DNA of 64,000 bases from an uncultured delta proteobacterium (GTDB taxonomy: Bacteria; Desulfobacterota; Binatia; UBA9968), in NCBI GenBank assembly GCA_963727625.1, contig CAVSHR010000012.1:576001-640000 (forward strand), given 5' to 3'. Shown here one piece after another: positions 1-9,761 of this stretch. A program made the translations under genes and the position numbers. The notes under the pieces were generated by a model that did not search any database, had not been told where the DNA came from, and saw nothing but the letters and a program-made list of their open reading frames with translations. How positions within the stretch are numbered: position 1 is the stretch's first letter; each line of letters opens with the position of its first letter.

Positions 1-300
1 CCGGATGTTTTCGGACATCATTACTGCACCCGCCTTGCTTTTACGGAAAGCACAATCGAGTGAACGAGGCATCATGACAAAGATCGTAATCATTTTTTGT
101 CAGACCCCGTATACAGCATGCGGAAGCGAGCGCATTTCCCGGCATTTAAGCAGCCCCCACGTTTGGGTCCTGACGCGCAACTGTTCCGGCAATTTTTTGA
201 GTCGAACGATTGCTAGACTTTTTAATTGCGCTAGGCCCGGACGGCGAGATCACCGTCCGGCCGAATCGCAAAAAACACGGTCAGGTATCGATGGTCCTCG

Positions 301-407
301 GTTGATCATCATTGCGCGGTTCCTGGCTTGAGGACATGATTATCCTTTTTGATTTTTCCATGCCTGAAGTCGGTGACCGTTCCGGCAAAAAATCGAGATA
401 TAGATTC
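301..407. repeat. Diverged direct repeat, copy A (partner 6883-6987)
   Basis: Core 334-399 aligns without gaps to 6913-6978 at 55/66 identities (hand count); flanking GTTGATCATCA..GCGGTTCC is also shared. Confidence 0.75.
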
Positions 408-627
408 TGCTGAAAAGTCTTTTTCCAAAAATCAGAAAAAAAGATTTCGCACACAGATGCCGTATAACGAACCATCGGAGCTTAGTGAATCATTTTTGAC
501 GTCCCAAATTTTCCGAGAAAGGGGGTTTTTCAGCAAAATCAATCAGAGTCCCCAGCTTTTCCCCAATCGGCAAATATTCCGATCAAACTGAACCGAGACT
601 GCGTCAATGATTTCTCTGCCCTTTACC

Positions 628-681
628 TTGACTTTAACTTTACCGCTTTGATATGCGTGTGATTAGAACAACAAATTGTTC
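628..681 (+). promoter_or_regulatory. Possible sigma70 -35 (TTGACT) and palindromic operator GAACAA-N4-TTGTTC upstream of the TTT operon
   Basis: TTGACT at 628-633 with a weak -10 near 652; perfect 6-bp inverted repeat at 666-671/676-681. Confidence 0.3.
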
Positions 682-896
682 CTTTCACTGCTGCACCTAA
701 AGGGCTGTTGCTTTCCCCCGTCGCCCGACGCACATGAACTTGTTTGCGAGTAACGCCCTTGCCCAACAGGAGGCGTGCTTGTTTCTTTCGCATACAACGT
801 TCGGATTCATTTTACGTCTTACATCAATCTTTCTTGGAGTTGAGTTTTTGTCGGCGGTTTTGGGTTGATCCTAATTTCTTACCAAGGAGGTGCTGA

Positions 897-1442
897 ATGG
901 TTACAGAGCCGGAACGAAAAAATATCCATCTTTTTACGCTAGGATTGGTGATTGCGCTCATCGGTCTAAATATGGGACTTCTTTCTTCCCTTCCACGAGC
1001 CGCGGCCCAAGACCGGAAGGAAAAGCAACAACCAAAAATCGACGTTTTCAAAATTCTGATCGTCAATGAAAATGCTACGAAAGATGGGCTCGAAAAGGCG
1101 TACACGTTTGCCGGGGTCGTTGTCGATCGCGCCCGCACGGTTAAGCGTAATCAGACGGATGCGGAGGTCAAGGTCACAACTCGGATACCGCAGGGGAAAA
1201 ATCCCGGCCAGCCTTTCGATGTTATATTTCTCCTCCGCCCGAGTTATCTGGAATCCAGCGAGATACTTACTTTCACCTCCTCGTCGGTTGAATCGTGTCG
1301 AGGCTTCCTCAAGACTTTTTTAACGAAAACGCTTTCTCCCAAACGAATTGCCATGGCTTACAAGGGAGCTAAGCTCAAACCTGCCGAATACTTAACGCAA
1401 GATCTAGACGGCAATGGCTGGTTAGCTCCCTGTGCCGGTTAG
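897..1442 (+). CDS. Hypothetical exported protein
   Basis: AGGAGG RBS, hydrophobic N-terminus ending in AAA-Q (signal peptide-like), first gene of the tct operon; no family recognised. Confidence 0.65.
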   Translation: MVTEPERKNIHLFTLGLVIALIGLNMGLLSSLPRAAAQDRKEKQQPKIDVFKILIVNENATKDGLEKAYTFAGVVVDRARTVKRNQTDAEVKVTTRIPQGKNPGQPFDVIFLLRPSYLESSEILTFTSSSVESCRGFLKTFLTKTLSPKRIAMAYKGAKLKPAEYLTQDLDGNGWLAPCAG

Positions 1443-1486
1443 ACGCAAAAACCGATCAACGTTCATTCCAGAATGGAGGAATTCAA

Positions 1487-2548
1487 ATGTCACGAGAACT
1501 ATCAAGACGGAGATTCTTGAAGCAGGCCGGCACAGCCGCGTTGGCGGTTACCGTTTGTGAACCCTTCATGGGGAAGGCGTTCGCCGCCAAGGGATGTTAT
1601 CCGAGCGGAACCAACGTTCGATGGATTGTCCCCTTCTCACCCGGAGGAGGATACAATGTCTACTCGCGGATGCTCGAGCCATTTTTAGAAGACGAAATCG
1701 GCGCCGAATTCGTCGTCGAAAATATTTCCGGTGCAGGAGGGGGCATCGGCAGCACGCAGATTTTCCAGGCAAAGCCCAACGGTCGCACGGTCGGCATTCT
1801 TAATGCGGGCGGAATCGTCATGGCGGGAATCTCCGGAGAATTGAATTTCACCATCGACCAGTACACGATTTTTGGGCGCATCGTAGACACCCGGCAAGTG
1901 ATCTGCGTCGGGAAACCCACTTATGAAAAGGGTCTTCGAACCATCAAGGATGCGATCAAAACAAAACAGCCACTCCTCTGGGGAGCCACGGGCCCGAGCA
2001 GCAACGGATTTTTTGGCGCCGCTGTCTTAGGCCATATTCTGGGCATCAACCGGAAATTTGTTTCCGGTTACCCCGGGAGCACCGAGGTGACCCTCGCCGC
2101 CACCAAAGGAGAAATAGACCTTATCGAGTTTACATTCTCGTCCATTCAATCGGCAGTGGAGGCCGGCGATGTTATTGTCCTGGCGGTCGTAGGCCAAAAA
2201 GTTCCCGATCATCGGATCTTCAAGGAGAAGAAGATTCCTACAGTCATGGAAGTCGCCAAAATGGTTGGAGCCGACCCCGAGGATGCGTTAGGAGCGGCAG
2301 AGGTCACGGCCGCAGGAAGGGTCATCGCCGGGCCGCCAAACATCCCCTCAAGGATCGCCGACTGCTTTGCCAAAGGCGCCTACCGGGCGATGACTCACCC
2401 CGGTTTCAAGGCGATCGCGAAAGGGGCACGGCGCCCAATCGATCCGATCGGCGCCGACGAGGCTCGAAAGGCCATGCAAAGAGCCGCGAAGGCCGCGCGA
2501 AAGTACAAGGGTATATGGGAACAAGCGGTCAAGGAGCTTGGCACGTAA
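1487..2548 (+). CDS. tctC: Tripartite tricarboxylate transporter substrate-binding protein (Bug/TctC) with Tat signal
   Basis: SRRRFLK twin-arginine motif; IVPFSPGGGY and VVENISGAGG Bug-family motifs; GGAGG RBS. Confidence 0.9.
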   Translation: MSRELSRRRFLKQAGTAALAVTVCEPFMGKAFAAKGCYPSGTNVRWIVPFSPGGGYNVYSRMLEPFLEDEIGAEFVVENISGAGGGIGSTQIFQAKPNGRTVGILNAGGIVMAGISGELNFTIDQYTIFGRIVDTRQVICVGKPTYEKGLRTIKDAIKTKQPLLWGATGPSSNGFFGAAVLGHILGINRKFVSGYPGSTEVTLAATKGEIDLIEFTFSSIQSAVEAGDVIVLAVVGQKVPDHRIFKEKKIPTVMEVAKMVGADPEDALGAAEVTAAGRVIAGPPNIPSRIADCFAKGAYRAMTHPGFKAIAKGARRPIDPIGADEARKAMQRAAKAARKYKGIWEQAVKELGT

Positions 2549-2653
2549 CCAGGTGGCGGCTCACTCAGCATCACAGACCATTCCGTCACAGAGATTCGCT
2601 GCGTATTCCGACTGCCGAATCCCCGAGAGCAGCGCGGCACGGAAAGGAAAGCC

Positions 2654-4204
2654 TTGTTTGACGCATTCTTAACAAGCTCGAGCATCCTCTTTTTAGGGTA
2701 TTCAACCCTCGGCTTTCTGACGCTGCCGAATTTTCTCATTCCGCTTCTTGGCACCCTCATTGGAATGTTTTTCGGCATCCTTCCCGGTGTCAGCGGGATC
2801 ACGGCAATGGCTCTGCTCATCCCATTTACGTTTTCCTGGGATCTGATTCCAACGATCTTGCTCTTCGGCTCCATCTATGGAGGCGGAACCTATTGCGGCT
2901 CAATCACAGCGATCCTGGTAAACATTCCCGGAACTGCACCGAATGCCGCGACTTGCCTTGACGGCTATCCCATGGCTCGTAAAGGTCAAGCCAAGACGGC
3001 CCTCGGGGCTTCAGCTTCGGCTTCCGCAGTCGGGGCTGCCTTCGGGGTATTCGTCTTAATCGCCATGCTACCGGTCATGCGGGCGACCGTCCTGGCGTTC
3101 GGGCCGGCCGAGTTTTTTATGCTTGCCATCTTGGGTCTCGCGGTCATTGCCGTCGTTTCGGAAGGGAACATGATCAAGGGTCTGGCGGCAGGTGGCATTG
3201 GTCTACTCCTGGCATTTGCCGGACGCGACCCTGTCACCGGAACACTGCGATTTACTTTTGGTTCACTCTACCTGCATGACGGGATACGCTTGATTCCGCT
3301 GTTTCTCGGTATCTTTGCCGTCACTGAAATGATCAGTTTAGCCGCGAGCAGTCGCAAAACCATTTCCGGGATGGAGCGAGTTGAACAGCTCACCGGAAAC
3401 CTCTGGGAAGGAGTTTTCTCAATCTTTCATCACTTCGGCCTCTTTATTCGCAGCTCCATTATAGGAACTATTATCGGAATGATCCCGGGCATTGGAGGGA
3501 CCGTCGCTAGTTTTGTTGCCTACGGCCACGCGGTCCAAAGCGCGAAAGACTCCGGACAATTCGGCAAGGGAGACATTAGAGGCGTCATTGCCCCTGAAGC
3601 CTGCAATGACGCGAAAGACGGAGGCTCCTTAGTGCCGGTTTTAGCTTTTGGTATTCCCGGAAGCGAGGGGGCCGCTTTGGTCCTGGTTGCGCTGATTCTC
3701 CACGGGCTGATTCCCGGCCAGGAACTGATGACCAAGAATCTCCATCTCGCCTTTCTCTTGATCTGGGGGCTTTTTCTCTCGAACCAGCTCACCTCGATTC
3801 TCGGCGTGATGATGATTAATCAAGTGGTCCGGGCCACGATCATCCGGACGCAGCTCTTGGTGCCTTTTATCTTTGTATTGGCCGTGATTGGCGCTTATGC
3901 CGAACGCAAGGCGATCGGTGACGTATTGCTCACTTTCATCTTCGGCGTAGTCGGATATCTGATGAAGAAATACGAATATCCACGAGTCTCTTTGGTCATC
4001 GCCCTTATTCTTGGAGAACTCTTTGAGGTCAACTTCCGCCAAGCCATGAGGCTCCATGAATTCGGCCGGCTGGATTTCTTCGACCGGCCAATCTTTCTTG
4101 GATTGGTTGCGTTTACTATACTAAGCTTGCTTTATCCCGTTTATCGAGCATGGCGGCGCAAAGGCAGAACAGATGTCCGCCCCCACCTTGCCGGTAAAAC
4201 TTAG
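2654..4204 (+). CDS. tctA: TTT large permease TctA
   Basis: GILPG, SITAILVNIPGT..ATCLDGYPMARKG and APEACNDA..GGSLVPVLAFGIPG signature motifs. Confidence 0.92.
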   Translation: MFDAFLTSSSILFLGYSTLGFLTLPNFLIPLLGTLIGMFFGILPGVSGITAMALLIPFTFSWDLIPTILLFGSIYGGGTYCGSITAILVNIPGTAPNAATCLDGYPMARKGQAKTALGASASASAVGAAFGVFVLIAMLPVMRATVLAFGPAEFFMLAILGLAVIAVVSEGNMIKGLAAGGIGLLLAFAGRDPVTGTLRFTFGSLYLHDGIRLIPLFLGIFAVTEMISLAASSRKTISGMERVEQLTGNLWEGVFSIFHHFGLFIRSSIIGTIIGMIPGIGGTVASFVAYGHAVQSAKDSGQFGKGDIRGVIAPEACNDAKDGGSLVPVLAFGIPGSEGAALVLVALILHGLIPGQELMTKNLHLAFLLIWGLFLSNQLTSILGVMMINQVVRATIIRTQLLVPFIFVLAVIGAYAERKAIGDVLLTFIFGVVGYLMKKYEYPRVSLVIALILGELFEVNFRQAMRLHEFGRLDFFDRPIFLGLVAFTILSLLYPVYRAWRRKGRTDVRPHLAGKT

Positions 4205-4736
4205 CGTCGCGGGTTCGAGGTCAGTGTTGTTTCAGATTACAGGCCGAACATTATTTACCTTTGCCGCGCTTCTATTTGTCGCGCTCGTGTTATGGCTTTC
4301 AGCAAGTTACCCGCCACGGGCACGGCAAGTGCCTGAAGTCGTGGGCTGGTTTTCGCTGATTTGTCTCATCATCCAGCTCGTCCTGGACAGCTCACCTCAG
4401 CTGGCGGCACGACGGGATCGCTTGCGATCAAACCAATTCTTTTCTATCGACGAACAAGTCCGCGAGGCGCGTTCCACCGGCGAGGCAGAAAGCCGCTTGG
4501 AAGTTATCGCCTTTTTTTGGCTCGCGTTCCTCCTTGTCGGTCTAGTGCTGCTGGGCTTTCTGGTGTTCATTCCCATCTACATTCTTTGCTATCTGCGTTA
4601 TCAGGCTGAGCAGACATGGTTCAAATCAGCCCTTTGCGCGGGAGCAACTTGGTTGTTCGTGGACCTTCTCTTCGTTCGCTTGTTTGAAATTCGCCTATAC
4701 GGCGGCATCATCCTTGAGAGATTTTTTGATCTATAA
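4173..4736 (+). CDS. tctB: TTT small permease TctB
   Basis: About 4-5 TM segments, LLGFLV motif, overlaps the 3' end of tctA. Confidence 0.8.
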   Translation: MSAPTLPVKLSVAGSRSVLFQITGRTLFTFAALLFVALVLWLSASYPPRARQVPEVVGWFSLICLIIQLVLDSSPQLAARRDRLRSNQFFSIDEQVREARSTGEAESRLEVIAFFWLAFLLVGLVLLGFLVFIPIYILCYLRYQAEQTWFKSALCAGATWLFVDLLFVRLFEIRLYGGIILERFFDL

Positions 4737-5103
4737 GCGGCTCCTTCTCGGATCGTCCAACGAACCCAACCTTTGAATATCCCCGATGAATTCTCGGAGG
4801 AAAGAATCCAGGCCTGGGAGGAATTGGACGGCTATCCACACGCCTTGGACCATCGGGAGGCTTTCCTCTTGTCGCAATTGAGTCAAGGGGCGCTGGATGG
4901 GGCCGTTTCTTTCCAGGCCAGCATCGATTTCGAGCGGACAAGGGCGCTGTTGCATGAGGACAGCTTGTGATCACAACCGCGGGTTGATGCGATTGTTAGA
5001 CCAGATCCCGCAACCGCTGATAGTTCCTCAATGTTGCGGCGCAAGACCCCGATTCTTTCTTTCGCGCCAATCCCTGCGCGCCGGACAGAACTTCGGAACA
5101 TAT

Positions 5104-6480
5104 TTAATCAACGGTGGAGCCGCGCCCTCCCGGTATCAGCGAGAACACCAGGAGGTTGGCGAATACACCGATGACCAGCCCGGCGATGTGTCCCGGTTGG
5201 CCCAGCATATTATCCCATATCAGCGCGGCGCAGATGCCGGCCAAGCCACCGGCGACGAACCCGGAAACTCCCTTGCGGTAGCCGTAGATCGCCGCGATCA
5301 ACGGCACCAGGACCACCGGCGCCCAATAGGTGTAGGCGTAGATGAGGATGTCGAGGATGCTCTCGATCGCCAGGGCGAAGATGATCGAAAGAACCCCGAC
5401 CGTGAAGGTGACGGCTTTGGCTAGCAGCAGCGAGCGCCGCGCGGCGAGGGGCTCGGAACTCAACGGCTGAACTACATCGTTGATGAACGCGATCGACGCC
5501 GAGTTGAGAAAGGAATCCGCCGACGACATGACGATCGATATGACCGCGGCGATGACCAGACCCTTGAGCACCGGGGGCATAACCGTAACAACGACCTGCG
5601 CCATCGCGAGGTTGGGGTTTTGGGTCGGATCCATGGCGAGCGCCACCAGCCCGATCAGACCGGTAACGGCGAAAAACGGGATGGAAAACAGCCCGGAATA
5701 GAACGTGCCGCGCGCCGCCTCATTCGCGGACTTGCCAATACACAGCCGCTGAACATAGGGCGGCACCAGGGTTTCACCGAACATGAACACCAGGAAGAGC
5801 GCGAGCATTTCGATCCAGGTAAAGTTCCCGCTCGGAACCGTTAATCGGTCGGGCGGCACTGCGGCAATCAACGCATCGAGGCCGCCCACGTAGCTCACGC
5901 CGAAAATTAGGACGAGCGGCATCCCGATGGCCAGGATCGCGAATTGAAACAGGTCGGTGACCACCACCGCCCGCATGCCACCGAACGTCGTGTAGAGTAT
6001 GACGATGCCGCAGCCGAGCCCGATGCCCCAAATCCTATCCATTCCATAGAAGACGTTGAATACGATCCCCATGGCTCCGACTTGGGCGCCGACGATGCCT
6101 GCGCAAAGGAACAGCGCGCACAAGCCGGTGATCACGCGCCCGACCTTGCCGTAGGCGGTCGCCATGACGTCGCCGACCGATATGGCGCTGGGGAAATGGA
6201 CGAATTTCGGCGCAATGTAGCGCGCCACTAGAAGCTCTTTCAGGCTGAAGCCCCACAGGCCGATGATGTTGACGATGCCGAAGCGAAAGACCTTCTCGGC
6301 GTTGCCGGTGGAAAAGCCGCCGCCGATGAAGGATGCCGATAAGGTCGCGAATATGACCCACGCGCCGTAGGACCGTCCGACGACCGCGTATTCTTCAAGA
6401 TTTTCCGGCCCTCGCCCTCCCCAGAGGCCAATCAAAAGTATAAACCCCAGGTAAACGGCAACGATGATTGTATCGATCAT
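5104..6480 (-). CDS. Sodium:solute symporter (SSS) family protein
   Basis: Multi-TM; ATLSASFIGGG, YTTFGGMRAVVVTD and IVMSSADSFLN motifs. Confidence 0.9.
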   Translation of the reverse strand: MIDTIIVAVYLGFILLIGLWGGRGPENLEEYAVVGRSYGAWVIFATLSASFIGGGFSTGNAEKVFRFGIVNIIGLWGFSLKELLVARYIAPKFVHFPSAISVGDVMATAYGKVGRVITGLCALFLCAGIVGAQVGAMGIVFNVFYGMDRIWGIGLGCGIVILYTTFGGMRAVVVTDLFQFAILAIGMPLVLIFGVSYVGGLDALIAAVPPDRLTVPSGNFTWIEMLALFLVFMFGETLVPPYVQRLCIGKSANEAARGTFYSGLFSIPFFAVTGLIGLVALAMDPTQNPNLAMAQVVVTVMPPVLKGLVIAAVISIVMSSADSFLNSASIAFINDVVQPLSSEPLAARRSLLLAKAVTFTVGVLSIIFALAIESILDILIYAYTYWAPVVLVPLIAAIYGYRKGVSGFVAGGLAGICAALIWDNMLGQPGHIAGLVIGVFANLLVFSLIPGGRGSTVD

Positions 6481-6709
6481 GGGCTGCTATCCCCCCGTAC
6501 ATTCCGCGCCTGCTCACCAGCTAAACTGCGAACAAGCGGTTAACTTGACGCGAAGCAACGCCACCATTTGGCGGAGTAAATGCCATGGCGGTTTCGCTCT
6601 CCAAACGACCAGGGTAGAGAGTGATAGAATTGACGGTTATAAATTTGTCCGCAGTATACGGGCCTGGCACTTTGTGAACAAGGGAGTTTTTTCATAGATA
6701 GCGGCAAAA

Positions 6710-6792
6710 TCGTGATCGTGAAACCTGCGCGTAAGCGTGGAGGGAGATTGTGGGAGGAAAACCACCGTGATCGTCCTCGTGCTCGCTGTCAC
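6710..6792. repeat. Degenerate hexamer (CGTGAT/CGTNNT) intergenic repeat
   Basis: TCGTGATCGTG and CCGTGATCGTCCTCGTGCTCGCTGTCACG; a related array lies at about 17394-17452. Confidence 0.4.
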
Positions 6793-6882
6793 GTTGGACT
6801 CCGGGATACGCGCGAGCTGGTTTGTCGTGTCGCGTGTTGAATTGCTACATTCTCGATCACAAGCCTGGTCTCAATCTTCTTG

Positions 6883-6987
6883 GTTGATCATCAATGCGGT
6901 TCCCGCCCGAAAACATGATTTTCGTTTTTGTTTTTTCCATGCCTGAGGCTGGTGACTGTTCCGACAGAAAGTCGGGATGTAAAAGTC
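6883..6987. repeat. Diverged direct repeat, copy B (partner 301-407)
   Basis: About 83% identity to copy A over a 66-nt core. Confidence 0.75.
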
Positions 6988-7083
6988 AGACCCCCCGAGA
7001 TCCCAGATTGGTACAGACGCAGGACCGGACCACGTCATTAGCAAAGATTCGACAGATTGCTTCGGGAATCGCTATCGCAGCAA

Positions 7084-7317
7084 TCACTTCCGTTCAAGGA
7101 CGTGAATATAGAGATCGGTCGTGCCTTCTTTTTCCGTGCGCTGCTCTTTGAGGATGGCGGTTTTGCTGCTCTGCGCCCAACCTTTGAAGTCCGGCATCGA
7201 GCCAGGGTCGGTCGAAATCACCTCCAGCAGTTCGCCGGGCTGCATCAGGTCGACTTCTTTTTTGGCTTTTACAATCGGGATGGGGCATTTGGCGCCCCGG
7301 ACGTCCAGCTTTTTCAT
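7084..7317 (-). CDS. tusA: Sulfurtransferase TusA family protein, second copy lacking an RBS
   Basis: LDVRGAKCPIP (CPxP) motif, 77 aa, 72/77 aa identical to 9514-9747. The upstream sequence is pyrimidine-rich with no SD. Confidence 0.75.
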   Translation of the reverse strand: MKKLDVRGAKCPIPIVKAKKEVDLMQPGELLEVISTDPGSMPDFKGWAQSSKTAILKEQRTEKEGTTDLYIHVLERK

Positions 7318-7346
7318 GAGCAAGAAAAGGGAGAGCAAGAAAAGGG
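7318..7346. repeat. Tandem 14-bp duplication GAGCAAGAAAAGGG abutting the tusA start codon
   Basis: 7318-7331 and 7333-7346 are identical. Confidence 0.8.
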
Positions 7347-7487
7347 GATAAGTCCAATTTCGAGCGCCCGGTTCAGACATACGTAACTAGACAAGCCTAA
7401 TTTTAAAACCATGAAGGACTTCGGGAATGCATTACGCTAAGAGTCGATCTTTGTTACACCTCGCTCCTTCAGCGCGCCAAGCTTGCT

Positions 7488-8477
7488 TCACCGCCCTTCG
7501 TAAACCTTGGAGATGAAACCCTCGCTTTCCAGCTCGGAGACAAGACTTCGGTCAATGAAATCTTCAATCTTTAAGTGACCGGCCTGGGGCACGGTTGCCG
7601 AGAGCCGCTTAAGGGCGACACCCAAGACTTTTGGATTTGGCGAGGGAATTGTTTCGTGGACTGATTTGTAAACCTCGAAGGTCTTGTCGAGGATTGATCG
7701 ATCACTGGTTTTGAGAAATTTTCGCATCACTTTAATAGTGAATTCCTTATCGGTCTTTGCCGTTTTGATGCCTTCGATCCAGCCCCGAAGAAATCTCTTA
7801 ACGATGTCTCTCTTAGCGGAAAGAAACGGTCGACTGACAACGATAGTGCTTCCGGGATACCGAATCGGCAGCTGGCTGAGATCGATCACCTTGTGAAAGC
7901 CGAGCTTTTCGGCTTCAAAAGCAGTGTCGCCTGCCACGATCGCACCATCGACGGCGCCGACCTTAAGAGCGCCGAGCCGCTGCGGCAATCCGCCGGTTTG
8001 AATAACCGCAACGTCGCGATCAGGTACGAGATTGTAGTACCGCAATGCTTCGCGCAATACCAAATCCGAGAGCGAACCATAACGGTCGCTGCCGATCTTT
8101 TTTCCTTTCAGATCCTCGGGCTTTTTTATTGAACCACGAGTCATGACGACGTGCAGCAATCGATTCGATGTCACGCCGACCGTAACCAGCTCTGCGCCGC
8201 GAGCCCACGCAGCTAGTGCCGGAGCCGAGCTCATGTTGGCGACGTCGACCTGCCCTGACAAAATCGCCGGGATAATTACGGAGCCCGCCGAAATATAAAT
8301 CAGTTGTACGTCCAGTCCATATTTCTTGAAAAAGCCGGCCTGATCGGCGATCCAGAGTGGCGCATAGGTAGGTGACAACGCAGCGAACGGAACTCTGAGG
8401 CTCTGCGCAGAGCCGGGGACTGCACTGTAAAAGAAACAAATAAAGACTAATACCGTTTTGAGTTTCGACCTAAACAT
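7488..8477 (-). CDS. ABC transporter substrate-binding protein (NMT1/SsuA-like)
   Basis: Signal peptide; PLWIADQAGFFKKYGLDV and DLKGKKIG motifs; no cognate permease nearby. Confidence 0.88.
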   Translation of the reverse strand: MFRSKLKTVLVFICFFYSAVPGSAQSLRVPFAALSPTYAPLWIADQAGFFKKYGLDVQLIYISAGSVIIPAILSGQVDVANMSSAPALAAWARGAELVTVGVTSNRLLHVVMTRGSIKKPEDLKGKKIGSDRYGSLSDLVLREALRYYNLVPDRDVAVIQTGGLPQRLGALKVGAVDGAIVAGDTAFEAEKLGFHKVIDLSQLPIRYPGSTIVVSRPFLSAKRDIVKRFLRGWIEGIKTAKTDKEFTIKVMRKFLKTSDRSILDKTFEVYKSVHETIPSPNPKVLGVALKRLSATVPQAGHLKIEDFIDRSLVSELESEGFISKVYEGR

Positions 8478-8492
8478 TCTCGGGTCCTTTGT

Positions 8493-9116
8493 TCAGCTGC
8501 CCGACGCCCGTTGCAACGCGATATCTTCCGAAACCAGCCGGAGATCTTCGGAGCGGGACACCGTCACATTGAAATTATACGCGTTGGAGCGGAACTGATG
8601 CAGGGCAAATGGTTGGGACTGCGGGTGAACGCCGTGGATGCAATCTTCCGGCACGATGCTGTAGTAATTTCTGATGTGAAACCCGATCACCGCATGATAG
8701 ACACAGTTGCTCGAACCTATACCGGTAACGATGATCTTATCTCGACAAGGGCGAAGATCCAGCCTTTGCAAAGTCGCCTCCATCGACGTCTTGTAAAAGC
8801 AATCGTGCGAGGATTTCTGAACAATGTTCTCCCCTGGCACCGGCTTTAGCTCCTCGACGAAATCAGCGCCCGGACTGCCAAGCAACAAGCCAAAAGGCCG
8901 CCCAAAGACGCTAAACTCAGGATGGTCCTTGGTACGGACGGATTGCACGTGAATGATCTTTCCGTTGATCTCCCGAAAGCGATCGAGCAGGCGACGGATA
9001 TTGGTAATTACGGGCTTGACGCCGGGGCCATGCCGTTCGCACCCTTCCACCTGCATGTCAATAATGATCAAGCCCGTCGACTCGGGATGCAAGTTGATCT
9101 TGGTTCCGTTTTCCAT
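8493..9116 (-). CDS. Isochorismatase-family cysteine hydrolase
   Basis: IIIDMQ, QKSSHDCF and TGIGSSNCV (D-K-C triad); start moved to ATG 9116 with GAAAGGA RBS. Confidence 0.88.
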   Translation of the reverse strand: MENGTKINLHPESTGLIIIDMQVEGCERHGPGVKPVITNIRRLLDRFREINGKIIHVQSVRTKDHPEFSVFGRPFGLLLGSPGADFVEELKPVPGENIVQKSSHDCFYKTSMEATLQRLDLRPCRDKIIVTGIGSSNCVYHAVIGFHIRNYYSIVPEDCIHGVHPQSQPFALHQFRSNAYNFNVTVSRSEDLRLVSEDIALQRASGS

Positions 9117-9513
9117 TTGCCAATCCTTTCTTACATCGGTTGTCGGCGAGTATTTCACAGGGCGTTTTACCTTGTCAAAGCATCGGGGTGCCACCCGGTT
9201 TTGGTATGACCCTTCCATAGGCGGGCGAGCCGGGCCGCTTTGATATTCTCCTATTCTTGCGTATAACGGCTTGAACAGTGAACACTCTCCGGCTTCTGAC
9301 ATGTTTGAATCACACAACCTAATTGTTCGCCGGATTTGTTGGGCGAAATCGCTGCTGAAGATTTTTACGCATGCGGGACACCAATAGGGTCGCGTCATTA
9401 CTTTTGCTGTTTTACCGTGACAGGTTCGCGATGACGCCGGACACCACCCATCGCTATTAACAAAAGTTCCGCAGAGTGTCTCGCGTGATTCTATCGCAGC
9501 GATTTCCCGTGGT

Positions 9514-9747
9514 TCACTTGCGTTCGAGAACGTGAATATAGAGATCCGCGGCGCCTTCTTTTTCTGTGCGCTGCTCTTTGAGGATGGCGGTCTTGCTGGT
9601 CTGGGCCCAACCTTTGAAATCCGGCATGGAACCTGGATCGGTGGAGGTTACTTCGAGGAGTTCGCCGGGCTGCATTTGGTCGACTTCCTTTTTCGCCTTC
9701 ACGATCGGGATGGGGCACTTCGCGCCTCTGACGTCCAGTTTTTTCAT
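9514..9747 (-). CDS. tusA: Sulfurtransferase TusA family protein
   Basis: CPIP motif, GGAGG RBS, last gene of the dsrE2-rhodanese/MBL operon. Confidence 0.9.
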   Translation of the reverse strand: MKKLDVRGAKCPIPIVKAKKEVDQMQPGELLEVTSTDPGSMPDFKGWAQTSKTAILKEQRTEKEGAADLYIHVLERK

Positions 9748-9761
9748 ATGATGTTTACCTC

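Noticed and set aside
1-600. Short ORFs at the window start
   Set aside because: No RBS or motifs and atypical composition; treated as non-coding or decayed.
4740-5100. Short ORF 4773-4970 (protein-like fragment)
   Set aside because: No RBS or recognisable family; possibly a remnant, but not supportable.
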